A stretch of 64,000 nt of DNA from an uncultured Kiritimatiellota bacterium (GCA_934643865.1 CAKUCX010000006.1:16936-80935); one strand, 5' to 3'; counted from the first letter of the stretch, positions 35,343-47,855 are shown. Made by a program: numbers and translations. Notes: generated by a model not told the origin, from the letters alone.

Positions 35343-36647
35343 TCAGTCGGCCTCGTCGCGGGCCGAGGCCCCCATCTCCCCGCAGACGTCCTCGAAGGCG
35401 TCGAGGAAGGCGTCCACGTCCTTCTCCGTGTGGGCGGCGGAGATGAAGTTGCACTCGAACTGCGAGGGGGCGATGTAGATGCCCCGCTTGAGGAGGCCAT
35501 GGAAGATCCGCGCGTAGAGCGCCGTCGAGCAGGCCTTCGCGTCCGCCAGGTCCTGCACGGGCGTGTCGGTGCAGAACGGCGTGAAGACGCCGTTGAAGCT
35601 CTGGCACGTGACGGCGAGGCCGTGTTCGGCGGCAAGCGTCGAGACGCCCACCGCGAGCGCGCTGCCCAGTTCGGCCATGCGGGCGTAGGGCGCGTCGCGT
35701 TCGAGGACGTCGAGGGTCTTCAGCCCGGCGGCGACGGCGACGGGATTGCCGCTCAGCGTTCCCGCCTGGTAGACGGGCCCCGTCGGCGCGAGCTGCCGCA
35801 TCCACTTCGCCTTCCCGCCCACCGCCGCGAGCGGGAATCCACCGCCGATCACCTTGCCGAGCGTGATGAGGTCGGGCGTGACGCCGCCGTAGAGGGCCGA
35901 GTAGGAAGAAAACCCGAAGCGGAAGCCGTTGATGACCTCGTCGCAGATGAGAAGCGCCCCGTGCTTCTTCGTGACCGCGCGCAGGCCCTTCAGGAAGCCG
36001 TCCGCCGGCGGCACGAGGCCCATGTTGCCCGCAACGGGCTCCACGATCACGGCGGCGATCTCGTCGCCCCGTTCCGCGAAGGCGGCCTCGACGGCCCCGA
36101 GGTCGTTGTAGGGGACGACGAGCGTATCGGCGACCGCGCCCGCCGTCACGCCGGCGGAGGACGACGCCCCCATCGTGAGGACGCCCGAGCCGCTCTTCAC
36201 GAGCACCGTGTCGCTGTGGCCGTGATAGCAGCCGTCGAACTTCAGGACGACGCTCCGGCCCGTCGCGCCGCGCGCGAGGCGGAGGGCCGTCATCACGGCC
36301 TCGGTGCCCGAGTTGACGGCCCGCACCATCTCCAGCCCCGGCACGAGCGACACGAGCCGTTCGGCGAATTCGACCTCCTGCGGCGTCGCGATGCCGAAGG
36401 TGCTGCCGCGCGCGACGGCGGCCTTCGCGGCGGCCACGACCTCGCGGTGGGCGTGGCCGAGGATCATCGCGCCCCAGCTGCAGCAGTAGTCCGTGAGCGT
36501 GCGCCCATCGGCGGTGCGGATCTTCTGGCGACGTCCGCTCTCCACGAAGACGGGCGTGCCGCCCACGCCGTTGAACGCCCGCACGGGCGAATTCACCCCG
36601 CCCGGGATGACCGTGCAGGCCCGCTTGAACAGAAGCGCGTGATCCAT
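35343..36647 (-). CDS. hemL: Glutamate-1-semialdehyde 2,1-aminomutase
   Basis: PGGVNSPVRAF...DYCCSWGAMILGHAH... and full-length similarity to HemL (434 aa). Confidence 0.9.
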   Translation of the reverse strand: MDHALLFKRACTVIPGGVNSPVRAFNGVGGTPVFVESGRRQKIRTADGRTLTDYCCSWGAMILGHAHREVVAAAKAAVARGSTFGIATPQEVEFAERLVSLVPGLEMVRAVNSGTEAVMTALRLARGATGRSVVLKFDGCYHGHSDTVLVKSGSGVLTMGASSSAGVTAGAVADTLVVPYNDLGAVEAAFAERGDEIAAVIVEPVAGNMGLVPPADGFLKGLRAVTKKHGALLICDEVINGFRFGFSSYSALYGGVTPDLITLGKVIGGGFPLAAVGGKAKWMRQLAPTGPVYQAGTLSGNPVAVAAGLKTLDVLERDAPYARMAELGSALAVGVSTLAAEHGLAVTCQSFNGVFTPFCTDTPVQDLADAKACSTALYARIFHGLLKRGIYIAPSQFECNFISAAHTEKDVDAFLDAFEDVCGEMGASARDEAD

Positions 36648-36662
36648 GACGACCGTCCTTCC

Positions 36663-37565
36663 CTACTTGTATTCGATCTTGACCTTCTCGCGGAGCTCGG
36701 CGACGAAGGCGTCCATCGCACGGCCGCGCGCCTCGTGGCGGAGGAGGTCGCGGATCTGGTCGGCGACGTCGACGAGCGTCTGCGGCCCGCCCGCGCGTTC
36801 GTCCGTCTTGAGGATGATGTGGTAGCCGAACGGAGTCTCGATGACGTCCGACACCTCGCCGCACTTCATCGCGAAGGCGGCCTTGTCGAAGGCGGGCACC
36901 ATCATGCCGGGGCCGAACCAGCCGAGAGAGCCGCCCTGCGCGCCGCTCGGGCAGTCGGAGTTCTCCTTCGCCTCCCAGCAGAACGCCTGGCCGACCTCGC
37001 CGGGCTCGCCGGCGGCGACGATGCGCGCGCGGATCGCCCTGATCTTGTCCAGCGCCTCCACCTTGTCCGCCTCGTCAAGGCCCTCGGTCTTCACGAGGAT
37101 GTGCTGGGCGAGTACCTGCGGCTGCGAGACGAAGTCGTCCTTGTGGGCGGCGTAGTAGTCGGCGATCTCCTGCTCGGTCGGCTCGGCGACGCCGCTGCAG
37201 GCCTGCTGCACGAGCGCGTCCACGCGACAGCCCTTCACGATCTCGCGGCGGAGGTCGTCCTCGGACATCTTCTGCTGGGCGAGGACGCGCACGAAGTTGT
37301 CGCGCCCGCCCACCTGGGCGACGATCTCGGCGATCTTCGCGTCGACGGCCTTCTCGTCCACCGGCTTGTCCAGCTGCAACGCGCGCGCGAGGAGCAGCTT
37401 CGCGCCGATCGCCTGCTCCTGGGCCTTCTCGACGAGCTTCGGGAGGTTCGCCTTGATTTCGTCGGGACGCATCCCGTGTTCGGAATAGAACTTCACGAGA
37501 CGGTCCAGCTCGAACTGCACCGCCTCCTTGGAAATGGGTTCGCCGTTGACGTAGGCCTGCTTCAT
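36663..37565 (-). CDS. Parvulin-type peptidyl-prolyl isomerase (SurA/PrsA-like)
   Basis: AQHILV...GGSLGWFGPGMMVPAFDKAAF...ETPFGYHIIL is a PpiC domain. Confidence 0.8.
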   Translation of the reverse strand: MKQAYVNGEPISKEAVQFELDRLVKFYSEHGMRPDEIKANLPKLVEKAQEQAIGAKLLLARALQLDKPVDEKAVDAKIAEIVAQVGGRDNFVRVLAQQKMSEDDLRREIVKGCRVDALVQQACSGVAEPTEQEIADYYAAHKDDFVSQPQVLAQHILVKTEGLDEADKVEALDKIRAIRARIVAAGEPGEVGQAFCWEAKENSDCPSGAQGGSLGWFGPGMMVPAFDKAAFAMKCGEVSDVIETPFGYHIILKTDERAGGPQTLVDVADQIRDLLRHEARGRAMDAFVAELREKVKIEYK

Positions 37566-37575
37566 CTCGTTCTCC

Positions 37576-38871
37576 TTAAAGGAACAGCATGCTCCAGAGA
37601 TTTGCGGTTCCGCACAGTTCGTCTCGCGAAATGCGGACGAGGAGGCGGTCTGCCTGCCCGTCGTGCCAGCTCATGCACCCGAGGCCGTCGCCGCGCGCGC
37701 GGCGCAGGAGGCGCAGCGCCATGTGGAGCTGCGCGCTGTCCATCGGCAGCAGCTTCGCCGCCACCTTCGGGAGGCAGAGGCGCAGCACCGTCGTCGGCGA
37801 GCAGAACATCGCGTTCGCCGCCGCAGGCATCGTGAACGCCTCGGGCAGGATCTTCTGGAGCCGGGCGCGCGGCGGCGCGGCGGGCGGCGCGCCCGGCTCG
37901 TCGAGGAAGTAGGTCGTCAGGCCCGGCCGGGCCTGCTGCCGCAGCGCCGCGCGGACGAACGCGCCGAACTCCGGCCCCGCCTTCGCGAAGATTTCCTCGG
38001 CGACGCGCACGTCCGAGGGCGTCGTCGTCACGCCGAAGAGCGGCGCGTTCGCCGGGACGCCCGCGAGCGCGAGCGCGCCGCGCGGCAGGGGCGGCCGCTT
38101 CATCGCGATCTTGCGCGCGACGGCGCGCAGCTCAAGTCCCGCCGGCGCCATGCGGACGGAAAGCTCCCCCTGCGCAAAGAGGTCCGAGCCGAAGAGGACG
38201 CGCGCGCCGGCCGCGTCCATCTGTACGTGGGCGAGATCCGCGCCGAGCGGCCGCGCGCGCGCGGCGGCCGAGGCGGCGAAGGCGTGCGCCGCCATCGAGG
38301 CGGACGGCGCGAGCGTCGCCCACTGGCCGTCCGGCGAGAACCAGGCCCACAGCGTGCGCTTCGCATGGGGACCCGGCGGCACGCGCAGCGTCCCGTTCAC
38401 GTCCGGCGCGGCGTCGGGGTGGCGCTGCTGGAACGCGGCCTTCGCAAGCGCCGTCGGCCAGACGACGCTCCAGCGCTTCACGCGGTCGAGGTCGGCGTCG
38501 GACGGCTTCTTCGCGGCCACGACGCGCGCGGCGACGGCGGGGTCGACGTAGCAGACCGCGACGCCGTGCGCGCGCGGGCGCATCGGGCCGAAGAGGAGGG
38601 CCGCGCCCTGTCGGCGAATCGCGCGGGGGACGATGACCGTGAGGACGGGATCCGTCGCCTTCGGGCCGGCAAGCGCGGCGACCGTCCGGGCGACCACCTC
38701 AAGGTTCGCGAACGCGACCGTTCCCGCAGGGCGATAGCCTGCGGAGGGGACGGCGCGCCGCGCGGCGGGCGCAGCCGCGCGCGGCGCAGGGGCCTTCTTC
38801 TTCATGGGCCCCGCGAAGACGGCGGCGGCCGTGCAAAACAGCACGGCCGCCGCGATGACCGCGTTTTTCAT
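37576..38871 (-). CDS. Hypothetical secreted protein
   Basis: Signal peptide MKNAVIAAAVLFCTAAAVFA, then an Ala/Arg-rich sequence with no recognised family. It sits between tpiA and the PPIase gene on the same strand. Confidence 0.4.
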   Translation of the reverse strand: MKNAVIAAAVLFCTAAAVFAGPMKKKAPAPRAAAPAARRAVPSAGYRPAGTVAFANLEVVARTVAALAGPKATDPVLTVIVPRAIRRQGAALLFGPMRPRAHGVAVCYVDPAVAARVVAAKKPSDADLDRVKRWSVVWPTALAKAAFQQRHPDAAPDVNGTLRVPPGPHAKRTLWAWFSPDGQWATLAPSASMAAHAFAASAAARARPLGADLAHVQMDAAGARVLFGSDLFAQGELSVRMAPAGLELRAVARKIAMKRPPLPRGALALAGVPANAPLFGVTTTPSDVRVAEEIFAKAGPEFGAFVRAALRQQARPGLTTYFLDEPGAPPAAPPRARLQKILPEAFTMPAAANAMFCSPTTVLRLCLPKVAAKLLPMDSAQLHMALRLLRRARGDGLGCMSWHDGQADRLLVRISRDELCGTANLWSMLFL

Positions 38872-38893
38872 GGACGGGAGGGAATGTCGCGCC

Positions 38894-39658
<765 letters not shown>

Positions 39659-39703
39659 CTGACTCGTTCCTCTTTGAAAAGACTGTTTCGAAAACGTTTT
39701 TAG

Positions 39704-39712
39704 ATTCTACCA
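39704..39712 (-). promoter_or_regulatory. Extended -10 TGGTAGAAT upstream of tpiA
   Basis: Minus-strand TGGTAGAAT lies about 46 nt upstream of the tpiA ATG, with AGAGGA as the RBS. Confidence 0.4.
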
Positions 39713-39745
39713 TTTTCGCCGCGCAGACGCAAGGACGGCCCCAAG

Positions 39746-39771
39746 GACACCCTTATCCCGATTTTTTCGGG
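39746..39771. repeat. Perfect 26-bp inverted repeat, left arm (GACACCCTTATCCCGATTTTTTCGGG)
   Basis: Exact reverse complement of 40833-40858. The related motif CTTATCCCGATTT recurs at 39775 and 40800. Confidence 0.9.
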
Positions 39772-39992
39772 ACAGCTTATCCCGATTTCCCGCCAGCCCC
39801 CAATAAGCGCGGTGGGAAAAATGTGTCGGCACGCGCGGTATGCGCCTTGGACTTTCTCCGCGCAGGGCCCAAACCGCGCGAAAGGCTCCTTCCCCGCCCG
39901 ATTCCGGGACAGGGCGCACGGCTCCGCCGCCGCGAAGTCCGCATCCTCCGGCCGGTCAACACCGATCGCGCGGAGATGCGTCCTCCGGCCGG

Positions 39993-40423
39993 CTCACACT
40001 TACACGCCTCTACACGGCCAACCCCTCAATCGATCGATTCGGCAACAAGACATGGCATTTTGTGCCGCAAAGGACGTAAAGGCCGCAACGGCTTTGCGAA
40101 CGTTGCGTCAGAGTTCTTTGCGGACTTTGCGTTGGAAAAAGGAGTACGGGATGTTTTAACGCCAAGAACGCAGAGGGGACGCAAAGACCGCAGAGGATCT
40201 TTGCGTCCCCTATGAGGACAAAAGCCAATAGGCAGAGTCGCCTTTGCGATTTCCGCTTCCCTTGCGCCGATGCCTGATGTATGTCTCTCTCCTGTCCGCA
40301 GTGTCGGACGGCTCGTTTCGCCTTTGCGGCCCACACGATCTGATTGCCGGGGCGATGACGCATGCGGGGATGACGCTTCTGGCCATGGACGAAATTTTAT
40401 TACGCACTGAAATCTCACGCATG
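39993..40423 (-). repeat. Dispersed structured repeat, copy B (with about 215-bp internal insertion relative to copy A)
   Basis: The reverse complement aligns with 3296-3513 at both ends. The core 21-mer is at 40397-40417. Confidence 0.7.
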
Positions 40424-40558
40424 AGGGAGGAGGGGACTCGGCGCAGGGCGTCCGAACGGGCCCGGCGCGCGAAGGACCCGCGCCGAGCCGTGTCGCCGAG
40501 CCACATCGCCGCGCACGTGTTCCCGTACCCCGCTACGCGCCGCCGCGCCGCCGCAAGA

Positions 40559-40640
40559 TGAGATTTCACTGCGTAATAATCCCGGAAGCCGCCGCGCGGG
40601 GTGATGCGTTCGCGGCAATTGCGGTCCGCCCCAGGCTTGT
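40559..40640 (+). repeat. Dispersed structured repeat, partial copy C (core TGAGATTTCACTGCGTAATAA)
   Basis: The core is at 40559-40579, head-to-head with copy B, with 141 bp between the two cores. Confidence 0.55.
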
Positions 40641-40832
40641 CTCGGCGGCCTCAGGCACGACGAGAAGTAGAAGCGGACACGTTCCCGGTTCTTGCCCATC
40701 ACTTGCCTGTCATGATCTACATTACATTTCCGTTCGAAGCGCGGGCGGCGAGCGACACAACCCGCCCCCACGCCCATCAAAAAAGCATCGGGGGGCACCC
40801 TTCTCCCGATTTCTTGGCGAACCCCTGATTCC

Positions 40833-40858
40833 CCCGAAAAAATCGGGATAAGGGTGTC
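40833..40858. repeat. Perfect 26-bp inverted repeat, right arm
   Basis: CCCGAAAAAATCGGGATAAGGGTGTC is the exact reverse complement of 39746-39771. It also forms a local imperfect hairpin with 40796-40817. Confidence 0.9.
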
Positions 40859-41262
40859 AACAAGCGAAAGCCCTGAGGCGATGGGCGATCCTCCCCGTCC
40901 TCTCGTGCGACTGTCGGCTCCTCCATGCCGAGGGCGCCTGACGTCGCCGCTTCGCGAGAATCTGCGATTCTCAACATAGAAAAAACAGTCAAATCTGTGC
41001 GGCTCTACTTGAAAAGAAAAGAATGATTGGTGTCAGCTTCCCGCTCCGACGCGCGAACACCGTTGCCAGAAGCGCGCCGCAAAGTAACTCCATGCCTCCC
41101 CGCCTCCGCCTTCTCCGTGTTCAGCGAAAGCAATACGCTCGGCATGCCCACCATCGCGAAATTCGGACGAGTCGGATGTTTTTTGTTTTGTTGCGGGAGA
41201 CCGTCGTATTATGCTACCATTCCAAGCATCCAACGAAAGGATAACGAAAGGGCGTCGCATCT

Positions 41263-42732
41263 ATGACAACGAAAACCTTAGTGTCGCGGATCTTGGCTGG
41301 TCTTGCCGTCGCCTTTTCGCTCGGCGCGGACGCGGCTGTGCGGGCGGCGGAAAATGCGCCGCTGACGGGCGGTGTACACGTCTCGACGGACGTGCCGCGC
41401 TATTTTGCGGGTGCAGATGGGAAGGCCTGGATTCCGATTGGTCTCAACATCTGTTTCTCCCGCACAAAAGACGGCCGCCCGACGGGTGCGGATCTTGAGG
41501 TTCTTCGCGCCGAATTCGAGGGTTGGCTTGACCGCTTCGCGGCGGCAGGGGGCAATTATGTCCGCCTGTGGCTCGGTCATGCGTTCTTTGAGATCATGCC
41601 GGAAAGACCCGGCGAATTCGACCCAACGGCCGTCGAAACCCTGATGCGTGTCGTACGGCGGTGCGAGCGACTGGGACTGAAGCTGAAACTGACGCTGGAG
41701 AGCTTTCGCACGGTCTTTCCGAAGGGACAGGAGGGCACGGGACGCTACGCCGCGTTCTTCAACCGTTCGCTCTATGCGCCCTATGCCGCGGATCTGCATG
41801 CGTTTCTGCACAGTGAGCGATGCTATGAGATCTATATGGGCAAGGTGCGCGAGCTTGCCCGTCTCGGTCTTGGCGATTCGCCGGCCGTCATCGCCTGGGA
41901 ACCGTGGAATGAGATCGGCTGCATTGGCCCGTGGCGCAACGATGTGGGGCCGTGGAGCGATCGCTTGATGCGTGACTTGCGCCGGATGTTCCCCCGTCAG
42001 ATGACGACACAGAACCTCGGCAGCTTTTCGAGTCCGGACATGTTCGACTACTACGACTATATCTGCACGATGGAAGGCAATGACTTTCTGCAGGTGCATC
42101 GCTATCTTGATTGCGGTGGCGAGTTAGACGTCTGTCGCGGGCCGATGGACGTTCTCGCGGCCGATGCGGTGCGGGAACTCCGCGACCGCAATCCGCGCAA
42201 GCCCGTCCTTCTCGCCGAAGTCGGCGCGGTGAAACCGAACCATACGGGCCCCTCGATCCTGTACGCGCAAGACCGCGAGGGGACGCTGTTGCATGACGCG
42301 CTTTTCGCGCCGTTTTTCGCCGGCTCCGCCGGTTGCGGGCAGTTCTGGCATTGGGATAGCTATGTGGCGCCAAACGGCCTTTGGCATCACTACGCGCGCT
42401 TTGCGAAAGCCATTGAGGGGCTGGACCCGATCGCGGAGGACTTCCGCCCCTTCAAGACCGAGACGCGGCGCGTGCGGGTCTACGGGCTTCGGGGCAAGAG
42501 GACGACCGTTCTTTGGTGCCGCGACAAGGCGAGCGACTGGAGGTCCGAACTGGTCGAGGGGAATGAGGCAAAATCGGTCGTGGGCGAAGTGCTGCCGTCG
42601 CCCCTGGTGGGGGAGATGACGTGCTACCTTCCGTGGGAGGATCGGAGCGTGAAGGTTCAAGGCCCGTCCCTTCCCGCCTTCCGACGTTCCATCGTCGTGC
42701 GCTTGCCGACTGGAACGTGCCCATATCCATAA
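41263..42732 (+). CDS. Clan GH-A (GH5-like) glycoside hydrolase, secreted
   Basis: GGNYVRLW, an acid/base-like AWEPWNEIG and a nucleophile-like LLAEVG are present. There is a signal peptide. GC is somewhat lower than the flanks. Confidence 0.6.
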   Translation: MTTKTLVSRILAGLAVAFSLGADAAVRAAENAPLTGGVHVSTDVPRYFAGADGKAWIPIGLNICFSRTKDGRPTGADLEVLRAEFEGWLDRFAAAGGNYVRLWLGHAFFEIMPERPGEFDPTAVETLMRVVRRCERLGLKLKLTLESFRTVFPKGQEGTGRYAAFFNRSLYAPYAADLHAFLHSERCYEIYMGKVRELARLGLGDSPAVIAWEPWNEIGCIGPWRNDVGPWSDRLMRDLRRMFPRQMTTQNLGSFSSPDMFDYYDYICTMEGNDFLQVHRYLDCGGELDVCRGPMDVLAADAVRELRDRNPRKPVLLAEVGAVKPNHTGPSILYAQDREGTLLHDALFAPFFAGSAGCGQFWHWDSYVAPNGLWHHYARFAKAIEGLDPIAEDFRPFKTETRRVRVYGLRGKRTTVLWCRDKASDWRSELVEGNEAKSVVGEVLPSPLVGEMTCYLPWEDRSVKVQGPSLPAFRRSIVVRLPTGTCPYP

Positions 42733-42791
42733 ACCCTCGTCTGGCGAGACATGGACGTTCCGCTCCATCGCGTCATGCAGAGGGTGATGGC

Positions 42792-43726
42792 TCAACGCCG
42801 ATCGACGGACTTGCCGACCGCGACGCTGGAGGCGCAGTCGGCGGGGAGGGGCGGCAGCTCGCCCGCGCCGGTCTCGACGGCCTGCGCGGCGGCGCAGACG
42901 TCGTCCCAGGTCTGGTAGCGCCGCGCGCGGTCCTTGACGAGCATGCCGGCGAGAAGGCGCGCGAACTGCTCGGGGACGGCGGGGTTGAACGTGCGCGGAT
43001 CGGGGGCCCGGGCGGCGGGATCGACGTGGCGGCGCAGGATGTCGTCGTTGGAACGGAGCGGGAAGAGGATGCGCCCCGTGACGAGGTGGTAGAGCGTCGC
43101 GCCGAGGCAGTAGATGTCGGCGCGGCAGTCGAGCGGCGCGTTGCCGTAGATCTGCTCGGGGCTGATGTAGGCGGGCGTGCCGACGATTTCGTCCGTCGGA
43201 CGGCCGGCGCGCCGCAGGACGGCGGTGGACTGGCAGAGGCCCAGGTCCATCACCTTGACGACGCCGTCCTGGTTGACCATGAGGTTGTCCGGCTTGAGGT
43301 CGCAGTGGACGATGCGCGCGGCGTCCCAGGCGTATTTCATCGCGGCCGCCACGGATTCGCAGACGATGAGCGCGTCGGCGGGCGCGAGGGGGCCCTTGCG
43401 CGCGAGGTATGACGCGAAGGTGTAGCCGTCGACGAACTCCATGACGAAATAGTAACGCCCGTCGGCGTAGTCCGCGTCGTGGCCCTGCACGAGGCCGGGG
43501 TGGCGGAGGCCCGTCATCGTGCGCGCCTCCAGCATGAACTGGCGGATCTCCGCTCCCGTGGCGGCGAAGTCCGGGTCGAGCACCTTCACCGCGACGTATG
43601 TCCCCAGCGCCTGGTGCCAGGCCTTCCAGACGACGGCCATGCCGCCGCGCCCGACGATGGACACGAAGCGCAGGCCGGGGATGTCGGGCGGGGCTTCGCG
43701 GCGGCGGGCAGGGGGCTGCGGGGCCG

Positions 43727-43730
<4 letters not shown>
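42792..43730 (-). CDS. Ser/Thr protein kinase (Hanks type)
   Basis: GRGGMAVVWKA, VAVK, HCDLKPDNLMV, DLG and GTPAYISPE are kinase motifs. Confidence 0.85.
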
Positions 43731-45078
<1,348 letters not shown>

Positions 45079-45082
<4 letters not shown>

Positions 45083-46230
45083 GTGAGCCTCCTCACCCGC
45101 TTTTCGAGGCGCGGGATGCGAACGGTGAACTTCGTGCCGGCGCCTTCCTTCGACTCGACGTCGATCTCGCCGCCGTGCGCGCGCACGATGCGGCGCGAGA
45201 GCATGAGCCCGAGCCCGGTGCCGGCGCGCTTCGTCGTGCGGTAGGGCTCGAAGAGCGCGGCGACGGCGCCGGGGGCCATGCCGCTGCCGGAGTCGCGGAA
45301 GGAGACGGTGACGGCGTCGTCGTCCGCGTCGAGCGCGATGGCGAGCTCGCCGCCGTCCTTCATCGCCTCCAGGGCGTTCTTGACGAGGTTGAAGAAGACC
45401 TGCTCCATCTGCGCGCGGTCGAAGAAGGCGGGCGGCAGGGCGGGCGGCAGGTCGAGGAGGACGCGGATGCGGCGGTTCTCGATCTGCGTCTTCAGCGCCG
45501 CGAGCGTGTCCTTGAGGGGGTCCGCGAGCGAGCCGGGCGCGAGGTCGGGGCGGATCGGGCGCAGCGCGCCGAGGAAGCTGCGGTTGATGTCGGCGATGCG
45601 CCGGATCTCGTTCTGCGCCGTCGCGACGTCCGCGAGGAGGCGCGCGCGGCGCGCGGGGTCGCGCTCGCGCCGGAACTCGCGGGCCATGAGCTGGAGGTTG
45701 AGCGAGAGGGCGTTGAGGGGGTTGCCGATTTCGTGGGCGAGCCCGGCGGCGAGGTCCTTGATCGCGTCCGTGCGCTCGCTTTCGCGCGCGTCGGCCGCGC
45801 GGGCGTGGAGGCGCGTGACGTCGCGGAGGATGACGACGACGGCGTCCCCGTTCGGCAGGGCGCCGAGCTCAAGGATGCGGTGCTCGGGGTAGGCAAGCTC
45901 GATTTCGCACGACGCCTTGCGCGTCCAGCCGTCGCCCTCGTCGGAGGGGTGGAGGAGGCGGTCCCACCCCCAGGTAGGCAGCAGGTCGCGGAGGGGCCTG
46001 CCGCGTCCGTTCGAGAGGGCGGTCGCCGCGAGGCGGTCCGCCGCCGCGTTCGAGTAGAGGAGAAGACCCTCGGCGTTGACGACGAGGACGCCCTCGGAGA
46101 GGGTGTTGAAGACCGATTCGAGGAAGCCGATCTCGTCCGCCAGGGCCTTGAACTGGCGGCGCAGATCCTCTGCGTCGAGCCGGCCGATGCGGTCGGCGAC
46201 CTTGCTGAAGAATTGATGGGTCCGTGCCAT
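45079..46230 (-). CDS. PAS-domain sensor histidine kinase
   Basis: H-box LAAGLAHEIGNPLNAL and an HATPase_c domain (N, G1, G2 boxes). It lacks TM segments, so it is cytoplasmic. Confidence 0.85.
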
Positions 46231-46258
46231 TTCGTCTCACCTGTTGGAAAACGCCACA

Positions 46259-46267
46259 ATTGTACCA
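46259..46267 (-). promoter_or_regulatory. Extended -10 TGGTACAAT for the HK-RR-STK operon
   Basis: Minus-strand TGGTACAAT lies 28 nt upstream of ATG 46230. Confidence 0.4.
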
Positions 46268-46324
46268 TTTCGCGCCGACTGGGGCAAGAAGGTCCCCGAA
46301 TGCCGAAAATCGGGTTTTGGCGAA

Positions 46325-46353
46325 TTGCGCGAATGCGCGGGACATGGTATAAT
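46325..46353 (+). promoter_or_regulatory. TTGCGC-N17-(TGG)TATAAT promoter for the TPR gene
   Basis: TTGCGC is at 46325-46330 and TGGTATAAT at 46345-46353. GAGGAAA lies before ATG 46384. Confidence 0.45.
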
Positions 46354-46383
46354 CATCTAAAATTTCTTGTCGAGGAAACGGAC

Positions 46384-47814
46384 ATGGTAAACGACGCAGT
46401 TGCACAGAAGGCACAGAACTTCACGAACCGCGGCCGCCAGGCGCTGGAGGCCGGTCGCTACGATCTCGCCGTCGAGATGCTCTCGCAGGCGCTTGAGGCG
46501 ATGCCCGACCTGCTGGAGACGCGCCGCCTCCTGCGCGCGGCCCAGATCGCGAAGTTCCGCCAGAACCCGCCCTCCGGCTTCGCGCTGAAGCTCCAGGGCC
46601 TCTCCAACATGGGCAAGCGCGCGAAGGTTCTCTCGCTCGCGAAGAAGGGCAAGGGCGACGAGGCGATGGCCGAGGCCGAGAAGCTGCTCGCGATCAACCC
46701 GCTCGACCCGGACAACATCGAGTGCGCCGTCAAGGCCGCCGAGGCCGCCGGCAAGCCGGAGGCCGCCGCGATTTCCGTCGAGGCCGCCTACTCCTGCAGC
46801 CACGGCGACGTGAACCTGCTGGAGCGCGTGGCGCAGTACTACATGGTCGCCAAGCGCTACGACAAGGCGCGCGACGCCTATGTGAAGCTTTCCCAGCTCA
46901 AGCCCGGCGACCAGCGCATCCTCCAGCTCCTCAAGAACGCCGAGGCGCAGAGCACGATGTCCGCCGGGTGGAGCGACACGGTCGGCAAGAAGGGCGGCTA
47001 CCAGGCGATCCTCGCGAACGCCGAGCAGGCGAAGAAGATCAACCAGGCGAACAAGGCCATCGTCGCGGGCGACGACGCCGAGGCGATGATCGCGGAGAAG
47101 AAGGCCGCCATCGCGCGCGAGCCGAACAACCTCAACTTCTACCGCGCGCTCGCGCGCATCTACATGCAGAACAAGCGCTTCGCCGAGGCCGTCGAGACGC
47201 TGCAGAAGGCCCAGACGGTCAGCCAGGCCGACCCGGAGCTGGACCGCATGCTCTCCACGGTGCAGGCCGCGAACTACGAGTACCAGATCGAGCAGCTGCG
47301 CAAGGAAGGGCGCGCGGAGGAGGCCGACAACCTCGAAGTCGAGAAGAACCAGTTCGTGTTCGACGACCTGGCCACGCGCGTCGAGCGCTATCCGAACGAC
47401 CTCCACCTGCGCTTCGAGCTCGGCTACCAGTACTACATCTACGGCGACCAGGACCCGACGTTCTACGACGAGGCCGTGCAGCATCTCCAGCTCGCGCAGA
47501 AGTCGCCGAAGGACCGCCTCCCGGCGCTCTACTACCTTGCGATGTGCTTCCTGAAGAAGGGCCAGCGCGACATGGCCGTCATGCAGCTCGAAACGGCGCG
47601 CGACCAGATCCCCACGATGGACGACCTCAAGAAGAAGGTCGTCTACCAGCTCGGCCTCTGCGCCGAGGAGGCGAAGGACTACGAGAAGGCGTATGCCTAC
47701 TACAAGGACGTCTACTCGAACGACGTCACTTTCGGCGACCTCAACGAGCGCATGCTCAAGATCGGCAAGCTCATTCAGGAGCAGAAGGGCGTGCGCGCGT
47801 CGTCTCCCGCCTGA
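46384..47814 (+). CDS. TPR-repeat protein
   Basis: 476 aa from MVNDAVAQKAQNF, with helical TPR-like repeats throughout. The 879-aa track ORF upstream part is antisense to the kinase gene, so it is an artefact. Confidence 0.6.
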   Translation: MVNDAVAQKAQNFTNRGRQALEAGRYDLAVEMLSQALEAMPDLLETRRLLRAAQIAKFRQNPPSGFALKLQGLSNMGKRAKVLSLAKKGKGDEAMAEAEKLLAINPLDPDNIECAVKAAEAAGKPEAAAISVEAAYSCSHGDVNLLERVAQYYMVAKRYDKARDAYVKLSQLKPGDQRILQLLKNAEAQSTMSAGWSDTVGKKGGYQAILANAEQAKKINQANKAIVAGDDAEAMIAEKKAAIAREPNNLNFYRALARIYMQNKRFAEAVETLQKAQTVSQADPELDRMLSTVQAANYEYQIEQLRKEGRAEEADNLEVEKNQFVFDDLATRVERYPNDLHLRFELGYQYYIYGDQDPTFYDEAVQHLQLAQKSPKDRLPALYYLAMCFLKKGQRDMAVMQLETARDQIPTMDDLKKKVVYQLGLCAEEAKDYEKAYAYYKDVYSNDVTFGDLNERMLKIGKLIQEQKGVRASSPA

Positions 47815-47855
47815 GCGGGGCTTCTCGCCGGCGACCGGAAGGACAGGGGGGGCAC

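Noticed and set aside
40540-40590. tmRNA-like tag end (…CTGCGTAATAA) and other ncRNA genes in the 1.6-kb gap
   Set aside because: No tRNA-like acceptor or T-arm (GGTTCGAATCC-type) and no resume-codon context is present. The motif is the core of the dispersed repeat.
39746-40858. Calling the IR-bounded 1.1-kb segment a bona fide mobile element
   Set aside because: There is no transposase or recombinase, no visible target-site duplication and only one copy in the window. It is kept as a hypothesis in the findings, not as a mobile_element feature.
46300-46345. Sigma54 -24/-12 promoter (TGGCGAATTGCGCG) in the divergent region next to the bEBP operon; also TGGCATGGATGTTCC at 31213
   Set aside because: The GG-N10-GC spacing or the TTGC element is not satisfied. 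Neither site has a suitably placed downstream gene.
45175-46383. N-terminal 400 codons of the 879-aa plus-strand ORF preceding the TPR protein
   Set aside because: They are antisense to the histidine kinase gene. The promoter, RBS and a sensible start lie at 46325-46384.
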